IMG/VR virus record: IMGVR_UViG_3300045955_000245
Span: 1-51,493 of that record
Reading direction: 5' to 3' (one strand)
Source of the DNA: a virus
Taxonomy: Duplodnaviria > Caudoviricetes
DNA length: 51,493 bases
The notes beneath the pieces are model-generated. The model did not search any database. It was given only the letters and a program-made list of their open reading frames with translations, and was not told the origin of the DNA. A program made the translations under genes and the position numbers. Of the stretch, positions 8,701-17,137 are shown piece by piece. Every line of letters starts with the position of its first letter. Position 1 is the first letter of the stretch.

Positions 8701-8854
8701 CGCCGCGCTTCCGCGCCCTGAGGGCTTCCCGGACGAGTTGCACGACCTGGTAATTCACCGTCCGCGTCTCGCACGCCGCCAGCCGCTTGACCTCCTCCCA
8801 CACGTCCGGCGGCAGGTAGATCATGATGCGGTGCGGCGGCGGGCGCGTGGACAC
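8687..8854 (-). CDS. Arc-like ribbon-helix-helix regulator
   Basis: RIMIYLPPDVWEEVKRLAACETRTVNYQVVQLVREAL; GGAGGA RBS. Confidence 0.75.
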   Translation of the reverse strand: MSTRPPPHRIMIYLPPDVWEEVKRLAACETRTVNYQVVQLVREALRARKRGDAGG

Positions 8855-8875
8855 GGGCGCTCCTCCGTCCAAGCG

Positions 8876-8905
8876 TTGATGCTGCATGCTAGCATATGCT
8901 ATCGT
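8876..8905. promoter_or_regulatory. Probable promoter/operator of the T4SS-like operon
   Basis: TTGATG-N18-TATCGT with overlapping palindromes ATGCTAGCAT (8886-8895) and AGCATATGCT (8891-8900), between divergent genes. Confidence 0.5.
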
Positions 8906-8916
8906 GGCGGCGGGCG

Positions 8917-10056
8917 ATGGACGGCCTATCGGACGCGCTCAACGACGCGCTGGCGCAGTTCGGGCACGATCTGCTGCTCCAACTCAACGACGCGCTGCAA
9001 TCGGCGTTCTCGACGTGGATGAGCAACTCGGCACCGTCCCTGTTCGGGCGCCTGCTGACGATGGCGATCGGCGCCCTGGCCCAGTGGCTCTGGCAGGCGG
9101 CCGGCGGCGCCCTGGGCGGGTTCAACCTGTTTACCCAACTGCCGCCGATGTGGAGCTACGAGCTCAGGCCGGCCGTCGAGTTGCGCGACCGGCTCGGCCC
9201 GCTCGCCAAGGGGTTGGTCGGGCTGGCGTTCCTGGCCGGCATCGGCTGGGGCGCCGTCTGCCTGGCGACCGGCCGCACGTTCTCGCGCGTGGTCGGGGCA
9301 CTCCCGACGTTCCTGCTGGCGACGGGCGGGTTGCTGGCGGCCCCCACGCTGTGCAAGTGGTGGATCGACTTCGCCAACGCGGCCAGCGCGTCCCTGATGA
9401 ACCCGTCTAGCGGGTTGCCGGGGTTGGAGCAGGTGCGCGGCTGGGAGTACGAGTCGGCGCTTGGCGTGGTCGCCCTGGTCTACCTCGTGGTCGCCGTGCT
9501 GATGCTCCTGACGCGGCTCAAGCTGGTGGTGATCGTCTGCCTGCTGCTGGTGGTGGCGCCCATCGCCCTGGCATCGGCGGCGCTGCCCGTCCCGCTGGCC
9601 CAACGCTTCTTTTCGTGGTGGCTGGCGACGTTCGCGGGCGCCGTGTTCGTGCAGGTCTTGCAGGCGGTCTGCTTCGGGTTAGGCGCGGCGCTGCTGGCGG
9701 CGCCGTTCGTCACCGGCGGCGTGGAAGGGCCAGCCGAAGCCGTCTTGAGCGCCAGTATCGGCATCGGCTCGTTGCTGGCGGCGATGGCGCTGCCGGGGAT
9801 GCTGCTCGGTTCGCTGGCCCGCGCCGGATTGGCACCGGGCGTGTTGGGTAGCGCGTTGCAGGCGGGGACGCTGCTCGCCGGCTTTGGCCTGCCGCTGGCG
9901 GCCAGCATGGGCGCGGCGGGTGCCGCCGCGAGTGCCGGACGCGCCGCCGTGTGGCCCGTGGCGCCTCCGGCGCTACCCGCACCGAGCACGATGAGCTTGG
10001 CCCCAGTGGGCGGCTACGTGCGCAGCGTGTTGTTGTTGCCCGCACCGAAGGACTGA
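8917..10056 (+). CDS. VirB6/TrbL-like polytopic membrane protein
   Basis: Many TM segments; NLFTQLPP..SY, WWIDFANA and LLVVAPIAL...WWLATF...FVQVLQ patterns; Gly/Ala-rich tail; first gene of the operon with VirB4. Confidence 0.7.
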   Translation: MDGLSDALNDALAQFGHDLLLQLNDALQSAFSTWMSNSAPSLFGRLLTMAIGALAQWLWQAAGGALGGFNLFTQLPPMWSYELRPAVELRDRLGPLAKGLVGLAFLAGIGWGAVCLATGRTFSRVVGALPTFLLATGGLLAAPTLCKWWIDFANAASASLMNPSSGLPGLEQVRGWEYESALGVVALVYLVVAVLMLLTRLKLVVIVCLLLVVAPIALASAALPVPLAQRFFSWWLATFAGAVFVQVLQAVCFGLGAALLAAPFVTGGVEGPAEAVLSASIGIGSLLAAMALPGMLLGSLARAGLAPGVLGSALQAGTLLAGFGLPLAASMGAAGAAASAGRAAVWPVAPPALPAPSTMSLAPVGGYVRSVLLLPAPKD

Positions 10057-10074
10057 AAGGGAGGAACCGAGATA

Positions 10075-10308
10075 ATGACTCCTGAGGCAATCATCGCCAA
10101 CCTGACCGCGCTGGTCCAAGCCGTGATGGTGCCGCTCGGCGGCCTCTGCGGCGTCGCCGGCACCGTCCTGTTTGCCAGCGGCAAGGCGACCGACAGCCCC
10201 AACATCATCCGCTGGGGCAAGAACTCGTGGCTCGCTGCCATCATCGCCTTCGGCGGCGCCGCCGTCGTCTCGCTAGCCCAGTACCTCAGTGGCCGCATCT
10301 TCGCCTAA
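10075..10308 (+). CDS. VirB2/TrbC-like pilin
   Basis: 77 aa, two hydrophobic helices separated by a short basic loop (GKATDSPNIIRWGK); strong RBS. Confidence 0.65.
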   Translation: MTPEAIIANLTALVQAVMVPLGGLCGVAGTVLFASGKATDSPNIIRWGKNSWLAAIIAFGGAAVVSLAQYLSGRIFA

Positions 10309-10318
10309 CCAGGCGGTA

Positions 10319-10657
10319 GTGCCGGATGGCGCGATCGACGAGGCGCGGTTGTGGCACGCCTGCCCGCGACTGGACGCGCCCGCGCGGCTCTTGTTGGGCT
10401 TACCAAGTCACCAGGCGAAATGGTTGCTCGGCGGCGTGCTGCCGGCGCTCGTCTTGGTGGGCGCGTGGTCGGACGCCTGGGGCTCGCCGGCGTGGTGGGC
10501 GTTCCTGCTCGGCGGCCTGCTGGTGGGCATCGTGGGCGCGTTCGTGCGTCCCCACGGCCGGCACCTGGGCCACTGGGCGTCCGCGCTCGTGACGTATTAC
10601 ACCAGCCCGAGGCGGGCGGTGTGGAAGCCGGTAGGGAGGAGGACGCTCGTATGGTGA
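10319..10657 (+). CDS. PrgI/VirB3-like membrane protein
   Basis: P.LD...LLLGL...Q; two TMs; RPHGRHLGHW...YYTSPRRAVW signature. Confidence 0.75.
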   Translation: MPDGAIDEARLWHACPRLDAPARLLLGLPSHQAKWLLGGVLPALVLVGAWSDAWGSPAWWAFLLGGLLVGIVGAFVRPHGRHLGHWASALVTYYTSPRRAVWKPVGRRTLVW

Positions 10658-10968
10658 CGGACGCGCTCAACGTGGCCGAGATTGAGAGACGCGCGGCGTC
10701 TCTCGTCCAATCGCCCCGCTTGCATACGCATGGACTAGCAACACAGCGCGTGTTAGAGGTCGACGTACCCGCCCTGGTTGCCGAGGTGCGCCGCCTGCGG
10801 GGCGAGTTGGACGACTGCGCCCGCGACTACCGGGAGGCGTACACCAGACACATCCGCGCCATCGACCTCCTGATTGAGGTCCAGGACTGGCCGCACCTGA
10901 CCCCGCTCGACCCCGGCCTGTGCGACCGGATCGACACGTTCCTGGACGCGGACACAGACGGGCGATGA
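10651..10968 (+). CDS. Phage-type hypothetical protein
   Basis: DVPALVAEVRRLR motif; GGAGGAGG RBS. Confidence 0.6.
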   Translation: MVTDALNVAEIERRAASLVQSPRLHTHGLATQRVLEVDVPALVAEVRRLRGELDDCARDYREAYTRHIRAIDLLIEVQDWPHLTPLDPGLCDRIDTFLDADTDGR

Positions 10969-11639
10969 GCCTGCTTGCTCGGTGCTTCGCCATCGGCCGC
11001 CTCGCCCGCGCACCCAAGGCGCAGACGGCAGGCAGGATGCTGCCGCCCGCCAGCGTCCAGCGCAGCCAGTTGGGGTTGTCCATGGTGGACGTGCTCAACG
11101 GCGTCGTCACCGTCCGCGGCGGCGAGGTGCGCTGTCTCGTATCCCTGTCGGGGTTCCCGCTGCACCGCGCCGGCCCGCGCGAGGCGGCGGCGTTCCTCGC
11201 CGGGTTCGCCCGTGCGCTCAACGCGCTGCCGGCGGGCGCCGCGTGGATCGTCCGTTCACGGCCCGGTGGGTTGTACGGCCACATCACCAAGCAAGAGCAA
11301 TGGGGACCGGGCAGTACGGCGCTCGCCCGGTTGCGGCACGCGCAGTTGGCGCACGCCCGCTCACAGGAACTCACGGGTGCCGTCAGGGAGACGACCAACT
11401 ACGTCGTCTTTCGGCACCCCAAGGGCGACGTGCGGGCGTTGCTGACCGACGCCGCCGCCGCCATCGGGCAGTTGCGGGCGGCCGGCCTGCGCGCCGAATT
11501 GGTGACGGAGAAACGGTTGGCGGAGGCGCTGGCCGTGAGTTGGCACCCGGCGGCGCAGGAGCACCTGTGGGTGTCGGTGGGCGAGACGACGCTGAACTAC
11601 TCACCGTCGGCGGGCGCACGGGTGAGGTTTGCGGAATGA
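10965..11639 (+). CDS. VirB4-associated protein (resembles a split VirB4/TraC N-terminal region)
   Basis: SVQ...NGVVTVRGGEVRCLVSLSG...FARALNAL...IVRSR...NYVV...QLRAAGLRA. Confidence 0.55.
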   Translation: MSLLARCFAIGRLARAPKAQTAGRMLPPASVQRSQLGLSMVDVLNGVVTVRGGEVRCLVSLSGFPLHRAGPREAAAFLAGFARALNALPAGAAWIVRSRPGGLYGHITKQEQWGPGSTALARLRHAQLAHARSQELTGAVRETTNYVVFRHPKGDVRALLTDAAAAIGQLRAAGLRAELVTEKRLAEALAVSWHPAAQEHLWVSVGETTLNYSPSAGARVRFAE

Positions 11640-12118
11640 GCACTTGGCACTATCTGCGGTACTTGTGCCGGCACAAGTGGTGGGTATTCGTCTACGCCTG
11701 CAAGATGGGCGTGCCGTGGCGCGGCGTGACGCACGACCTGTCCAAGTTCCGGCCGAGCGAGTTCTTCCCCTACCGAGACTACTTCTACGGCGGCTATCCC
11801 AGAGACGCCAAGCCGCCCGAGGTACAGGCGGCGTTCGACCGGGCGTGGCTGTACCACCAGCACCGCAACAATCACCACTGGCAGCATTGGGTACTCAGGG
11901 AGGACGACGGCGGCACCAAGATGCTGCCGATGCCCGATGCGTGTCGGCGCGAACTACTGGCCGATTGGATGGGTGCCGGACGCGCCATCACCGGCAAGAG
12001 TGGCGGCACAGCCGATTGGTACCGCAAGAACCGGGAGCGGCAGCACATCAACGCCGAGACGCGGGCATGGATTGATGGCGTGTTGCTGTCTGCGCCGCCA
12101 CAGGAATCAATGTCGTGA
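11636..12118 (+). CDS. DUF5662-like HD-type protein
   Basis: RHKWWV...HDLSKF..SEF...AWLYHQHRNNHHWQHW...ELLADW.GAG. Confidence 0.7.
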   Translation: MSTWHYLRYLCRHKWWVFVYACKMGVPWRGVTHDLSKFRPSEFFPYRDYFYGGYPRDAKPPEVQAAFDRAWLYHQHRNNHHWQHWVLREDDGGTKMLPMPDACRRELLADWMGAGRAITGKSGGTADWYRKNRERQHINAETRAWIDGVLLSAPPQESMS

Positions 12119-14034
12119 GTGCCCTCGCGCTGCGGCGCCCGACGCTGCCACGGTTGCCACACGTGACCCTCGAGCCGGTGCGCCGCCGGATCGCCACGCT
12201 GAGAGAGACGTTACGCGCCGCCGCCCTCGTGGAGTCGGGCGAACGCACGTTGCTCGACGCCCTGGCGCCCGACTGGACAGAGCAGACGAAAGACACGTAC
12301 ACCGTGGCGGCGGACGGGCACGAGCACCACTGCCGGACACTCCTGATTCGGGACTGGCCGCCCAGGGTCAACGCCGGCTGGCTGGCGCCCCTGCTCTTTG
12401 ACTTGGCCGGCGACGTGTCCATCGGACTGCACACCGAACGGCTGGCGAAGGGCGCCGCCGCCAAGCGAGCGCGCAACGCGCGGGTGGTGCAGACGACGGA
12501 CGCGCTCGCGCGGGCGGAGGCCGGCAAGCTGTCAGACCCAGCAACGCAACTGAACGTCGCCAGCGCCGAGCAGATCGCGCTCGACGTGGAGGCCGGCGCC
12601 GAAGCCCTGTACTCGTGTACCGTGGCGCTCACCCTCCGGGCGCCCACGGCAGGCGAGTTGGACACGCTCACCAGGCGGGTGCAGGAGCACCTGGGCGCGT
12701 CGGGCGTGCGCGTGTCGCCAGCCCTGTGGGAGCAACGCGGCGGCTTCCTGTCCACCGTGAGTTACGCCGGCCCAACCCTGGAGCGGCCGCGCACGGTAGA
12801 CACGTCGACGCTGGCGCTGTCGTGGCCGTTTCTGGGGCAGGACTTGGGCACGCGGGATGGCCCGCTCATCGGCATCGCCCTGGCCGACCGGGCGCCCGTG
12901 CACCTCGACCTGTGGGCGCGCGAGGAGGGCTGGAACGCGCCCGGTTTGTGCATCGTGTCGCCGCCGGGCGGCGGCAAGACGGTGACGATCGGCACCCTGG
13001 CGGCGCGGCACCTGACCCAACCGGACGCGCCCGACGTGCTACTCGTCGATCCCATGAAGGGCGATTACCGCCGCCTCGTCAGAGAACTCGGCGGGCAGAT
13101 TGTCAGGCTGTCGACGTCACCCGACGTGGTGTGCAACCCGCTGGATTTGCCGCCGGCGACCATCCTGTCGGGGACGGGCGAGACCAGCGAGCAGAATCCG
13201 GTGACGGAACAGACGCGGTTGGTCACCGGCTTGCTGGCGCTGATGGTGACGGACCCGGGCCCGGACGGCGCACCAGGAAGGATGACGCGAGCCGAACGAG
13301 CCGTCGCCGAGGGCGCCGTGCTCGCCGCCTATGCCGGTGCCGGCATCCTGCCCAACGACGCCGGGACGTGGGACGCGACGCCGGCCGACGTGCCGGCGCT
13401 CCCCGACGTGTTGGCGGCGCTGGAACGGCAGGCGGCCGATCACGGCTCCACGACGGCCAGAAGTGTGGCCGAACGACTGGCGCCCTTTTGCCGCGGGACG
13501 CTGGCGGCGCTCTTCAGCCGGCCGACCACGCTCAGGCTCGACGCCGGGTTGACCAGCTTCGACCTGGAAGGCTTGGACAGCGAGCTCAGGCCGCTGGCCG
13601 TGTGGCTGATCGGGGATTACGTGTGGAAGGTGGCGAAACGTGACCGACGCCGCCGTATCCTCAGCATGGATGAGGTCAAGACGCTGCTCGAGTACCCGGA
13701 GAGCGCCCGACTGGTGGCACACCTGTACACCCTGGGCCGCGCCTACCACCTCTCGGTGTGGAGTGCGACCCAACTGCTCAGCGACTACGGCTCGACGCCG
13801 GAGGGCGAACGGGCGTTGCAGTCGGCCGATACGGTTCTTTTACTCCGTCAAGCGCCTGGCCGCGGCTCAGGAGACGCACAGGCGCGGTACGGGCTGACGG
13901 CGGGCGACCGGGCGTGGCTCGAGGCGTGTGGGCAGGGCGCCGGCGTGCTGCGCACCCCGAAGGGCACTGGGCGCGTGCAGGTCACGCCATCGCCCCTTGA
14001 GTTGGCGCTGATGGGCGGGCCGGAGGCGGCATGA
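12115..14034 (+). CDS. VirB4-like ATPase
   Basis: Walker A SPPGGGKT; VDPMKGDY; CNPLD; SFDL; Walker B MDEV; GRAY...ATQ; LLLRQ. Confidence 0.85.
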   Translation: MSALALRRPTLPRLPHVTLEPVRRRIATLRETLRAAALVESGERTLLDALAPDWTEQTKDTYTVAADGHEHHCRTLLIRDWPPRVNAGWLAPLLFDLAGDVSIGLHTERLAKGAAAKRARNARVVQTTDALARAEAGKLSDPATQLNVASAEQIALDVEAGAEALYSCTVALTLRAPTAGELDTLTRRVQEHLGASGVRVSPALWEQRGGFLSTVSYAGPTLERPRTVDTSTLALSWPFLGQDLGTRDGPLIGIALADRAPVHLDLWAREEGWNAPGLCIVSPPGGGKTVTIGTLAARHLTQPDAPDVLLVDPMKGDYRRLVRELGGQIVRLSTSPDVVCNPLDLPPATILSGTGETSEQNPVTEQTRLVTGLLALMVTDPGPDGAPGRMTRAERAVAEGAVLAAYAGAGILPNDAGTWDATPADVPALPDVLAALERQAADHGSTTARSVAERLAPFCRGTLAALFSRPTTLRLDAGLTSFDLEGLDSELRPLAVWLIGDYVWKVAKRDRRRRILSMDEVKTLLEYPESARLVAHLYTLGRAYHLSVWSATQLLSDYGSTPEGERALQSADTVLLLRQAPGRGSGDAQARYGLTAGDRAWLEACGQGAGVLRTPKGTGRVQVTPSPLELALMGGPEAA

Positions 14035-14351
14035 ACCAGGTGCGGGCGCAACTGCTGATCCACGGCGGGCGCGTCGTCGCCCGCGACTGGACGCTCGAAC
14101 GCAACGCCACGGGCGGCTGCCGCCTCACGCTCAACACCGCGCCGCTCACGGCACGCACCTACGGCTCGATTATGTGCTCGCTGATCCTCGGCCGGGCAGA
14201 GTTCCCAATCGTGTTCGACGCGACGATACACGGACGCGGCGTGCACTACGACGGCACGGCGTGGGTGGAGGAGATGACGACGGATTCCGGCCCGCCGGAG
14301 ACGCAGAGGCTCGTGTTCTGCTGGCAGCTGCCGATCGGTGAGCCGCGGTGA
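14031..14351 (+). CDS. Hypothetical protein
   Basis: ATGA overlap with the VirB4-like gene, GGAGG RBS. Confidence 0.55.
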   Translation: MNQVRAQLLIHGGRVVARDWTLERNATGGCRLTLNTAPLTARTYGSIMCSLILGRAEFPIVFDATIHGRGVHYDGTAWVEEMTTDSGPPETQRLVFCWQLPIGEPR

Positions 14352-14441
14352 GTGCAGCCAACCGGACGGTGCCAGCGCCGCCGCCCGGTCAATCCTGGAG
14401 TGGGCGTACCGCCGCCATGCTCGATGAGATGGCGGCCCCTA

Positions 14442-14579
14442 TCACGACGCCAGCATCGTCGCCGCCAGCCAAGCTCCTAGCCCCAAGGCCACCAGATTGA
14501 CCCGCGACGGCACGCCCACGGCGGCCAGGATGAAGCACACCAGCGCCAGGATTTGCAGGATGCGCGGCAGCACCAGCAT
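14442..14579 (-). CDS. Small two-TM protein, holin candidate (45 aa)
   Basis: MLVLPRILQILALVCFILAAVGVPSRVNLVALGLGAWLAATMLAS; GAGGAGGAG RBS; downstream of the endolysin. Confidence 0.55.
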   Translation of the reverse strand: MLVLPRILQILALVCFILAAVGVPSRVNLVALGLGAWLAATMLAS

Positions 14580-14594
14580 CGTCGTTCTCCTCCT

Positions 14595-14801
14595 CTAGGC
14601 CGGCGCCGCCACCCGCCGCGCCGCCACCCGCCGGTAGGTGAGCCCCGCCACGCGCGTGCGACGGCACCGCGCACAGAACACGTCATGCCGCCCGACGCGG
14701 CTGCCGAGGTCGCCCGGTCCGGCAATCGTCCACGACGCGCCGCACGTCTCGCAGCGGTAAACCCGCTCCACGGCGGTAACACCGCGCGACGGGGCGGCCA
14801 T
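14595..14801 (-). CDS. Small Zn-ribbon protein
   Basis: YRCETCG...FCARC. Confidence 0.5.
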   Translation of the reverse strand: MAAPSRGVTAVERVYRCETCGASWTIAGPGDLGSRVGRHDVFCARCRRTRVAGLTYRRVAARRVAAPA

Positions 14802-14803
14802 CG

Positions 14804-15637
14804 TCAGCCGGTCCAACTCGGCGGCGTGTTGGGTGCGTACACGCACACCCCTCCCTCAAAGACCATCCAGGCACGTCCCGAGCCATCGGGCGCCGCCTGC
14901 TCCGCCGCCTTCGGCAGCCCGCGGTACCTTCCAGAGCGGTACTCGGCAAGGAACGCCTTGTACAGCGCGGCGTCGGGGTTGAGCGGCACGCCGGCGGCCG
15001 CCCACAGCGGGGCAAAGACCCACTCGGTCAACTCCTGGTCGGTCACGATTGGTTCTCCTGGTATCGGGATAGGGATAGGGTGTGGTGCGACGCCGAGAAA
15101 CTCCAGGATGGCCGCGCAATCCGCCGCCGCGACCGTCTCTATCTGGTCGAACAGCACATCGTGATCATCGCCCTGCCCGATGCCGTGCTCGACGATGATT
15201 CCCGGTGTCTGGTCGGTCGTGGCGCGGAAGGCGTAGTAGTCCCACGTGTTCGGGTTGCGCCGCTGGTTGGCGACCGGGATACCGGTCGCCTCGACGTAGT
15301 GGCGCTCCCAGATGGCGATGGCCCGGTCGCTGGCGGCGCCCATCGGGTCGTTGCGGGCACGGTCGGCAAAGCAGCCAGTGTTGTTGCCCGGCCCGTAGAT
15401 AGCGGCGTCGTAGTGCAGCGCGACGAACAACTCCCAATCCTGCGAGCATTGGGGCGGCGGCTTGCGGACCACGCCGTTGCACAGCCACGCACCCACCACG
15501 TCGGCGGCCACACCCGCTGCCACCAACCGGCGGCGCAGGCGTCCCGACAGGTCGAGCGCCCAGTCTGCCTCGCCCGGTGCGCCGCCGCCCCCGCCGCCGG
15601 GGCAGTTGTGCCCCGCCTGAATCAGCACACGCGCCAT
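14804..15637 (-). CDS. Endolysin, N-acetylmuramoyl-L-alanine amidase (Amidase_3)
   Basis: LIQAGH...GE; FVALHYDA; IIVEHG Zn/catalytic motifs; Pro-rich linker and C-terminal binding domain. Confidence 0.85.
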   Translation of the reverse strand: MARVLIQAGHNCPGGGGGGAPGEADWALDLSGRLRRRLVAAGVAADVVGAWLCNGVVRKPPPQCSQDWELFVALHYDAAIYGPGNNTGCFADRARNDPMGAASDRAIAIWERHYVEATGIPVANQRRNPNTWDYYAFRATTDQTPGIIVEHGIGQGDDHDVLFDQIETVAAADCAAILEFLGVAPHPIPIPIPGEPIVTDQELTEWVFAPLWAAAGVPLNPDAALYKAFLAEYRSGRYRGLPKAAEQAAPDGSGRAWMVFEGGVCVYAPNTPPSWTG

Positions 15638-15738
15638 GTGGCAATCCCTATCTGGCAACAGGTAGAATAAGGGAAACGAACACGCCCCCGCGACGCTGGA
15701 ACGTCCGGGGGCACGGCACCAGCAAGGGGGTCTTGCCG

Positions 15739-16362
15739 ATGCAGCCTCAGCGTAACAAGCGGCATGCGCCGCTGCCGCCCACGCAGCGAGTTTGTGAGCA
15801 TTGTGGGCAACTGTTCATCGTCTACCACGCGGACCTTCGGCGTGGCCACAGCCGCTTTTGCGGCAACGCCTGCCATATCGCCCACCGCTACGGTTCGATT
15901 GAGCAACGCTTCTGGAAGAAGGTGGACCAGACTTCCAACCCCGATGGCTGTTGGCTCTGGACTGGGTGGCACGACGCGGCCGGCTATGGGGAAATGTCCA
16001 TTCCTGGAACCGGACGCAACACGAAAGCCCATCGTGTCGCCTACCTGTTGACGAAGGGGCCAATCCCGGACGGCCTGCTTGTGTTGCACCGCTGCGACAA
16101 TCCGCCCTGCGTGCGGCCTGGCCATCTCTTTCTTGGCACCCAGGGAGACAATGCGCGGGATAGGGAAGCAAAAGGCCGCGGGCGGCAACCGCGAGGTGAG
16201 CGGACTGGTCGAGCCAAATTGGACGCCACTCGCGTCTCCGCTATTCGTGCTCGCTATGCGTCGGGCACTGCGTCTCAACCACAACTGGCCCGCGAGTACG
16301 GAGTATCCACCAGCTTGATTAGTCTCATTGTTCGTCGGGAGGCGTGGCGGCACATTTCCTGA
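15739..16362 (+). CDS. HNH homing-type endonuclease with Zn finger and C-terminal HTH
   Basis: RFWKKV...CWLWTG...GYG...AHRVAY...VLHRCDNPPCVRPGHLFLGTQGDN...AKL...LAREYGVS. Confidence 0.9.
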   Translation: MQPQRNKRHAPLPPTQRVCEHCGQLFIVYHADLRRGHSRFCGNACHIAHRYGSIEQRFWKKVDQTSNPDGCWLWTGWHDAAGYGEMSIPGTGRNTKAHRVAYLLTKGPIPDGLLVLHRCDNPPCVRPGHLFLGTQGDNARDREAKGRGRQPRGERTGRAKLDATRVSAIRARYASGTASQPQLAREYGVSTSLISLIVRREAWRHIS

Positions 16363-16411
16363 CCGCATTACCGCTGCCCCTTTACCGCCAACCGTTCGAC
16401 GTAGGCGGGGG

Positions 16412-16852
16412 TCATTCTGCGGCCGCCTCCCGCTCGACCCGCTCGACCCGCTCGGTGCGTGCCCGCTCTGCCGCGTACCGCCGCAGCCGCGCGTCGAACC
16501 GGCCATCCTGCCAGATGTGCGCGTCCACCAGGACGGCCAGCAACGCCAGCAGCGCCAACTGCACCACGCCGATGGCGCTGCCCCGTAGTGCGGGCCAGGC
16601 GTAGCCGAGCAGCGCCACCCCAGCGACGATGCCCTTGAGCGCCACAACGCCGAGGTGCATCCGCACCCGCCACAGATTGGCCCAGGCGGCGTAGGTCAGC
16701 GCGCCGTCCGCGCCGCTGGCCCGCAGCCGCCACAGATCGCGCACCGCCCGGCCGTGTAGCCGCGCCGCCAAGAGCAGCCCGTACAACGAGCCGCCGAACC
16801 ACACAATCGTCGTGCCGAGTGCCAGCGCCCGAGTCACGTCCTCGATATCCAC
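16412..16852 (-). CDS. Membrane protein (lysis region)
   Basis: Three hydrophobic segments. Confidence 0.6.
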   Translation of the reverse strand: MDIEDVTRALALGTTIVWFGGSLYGLLLAARLHGRAVRDLWRLRASGADGALTYAAWANLWRVRMHLGVVALKGIVAGVALLGYAWPALRGSAIGVVQLALLALLAVLVDAHIWQDGRFDARLRRYAAERARTERVERVEREAAAE

Positions 16853-16890
16853 TCCATCACTCCCACTCCATCACTCCCACTCCATCACTC
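16849..16890. repeat. 3 x 14-bp tandem repeat CCACTCCATCACTC
   Basis: Exact copies at 16849, 16863 and 16877. Confidence 0.95.
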
Positions 16891-17100
16891 CCGCCGCAGG
16901 TCCACGTCCTGCCGCAGCCGTTCGAGCGTCTCGCGCGTCTCGCGCGCCTGCCGCTCGATAATTTCCTGCCGCCGGATAATCGATTGCTGCAACTCGTCGG
17001 GAATGTGCCCCCGCGCGGCACGGCCGCCGGTGCCAGCGTCGCCGCTCGGGCCGATACCGAGCGCCCGCACGACCCATGCCCACCAGCCGCCTATAGCCAC
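16885..17100 (-). CDS. Hypothetical coiled-coil protein
   Basis: Charged helical C-terminus; operon position. Confidence 0.5.
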   Translation of the reverse strand: MAIGGWWAWVVRALGIGPSGDAGTGGRAARGHIPDELQQSIIRRQEIIERQARETRETLERLRQDVDLRRE

Positions 17101-17137
17101 CCTGGTTGCCTTTTCGTCTTTCGCCGCGCTGCTGTGC

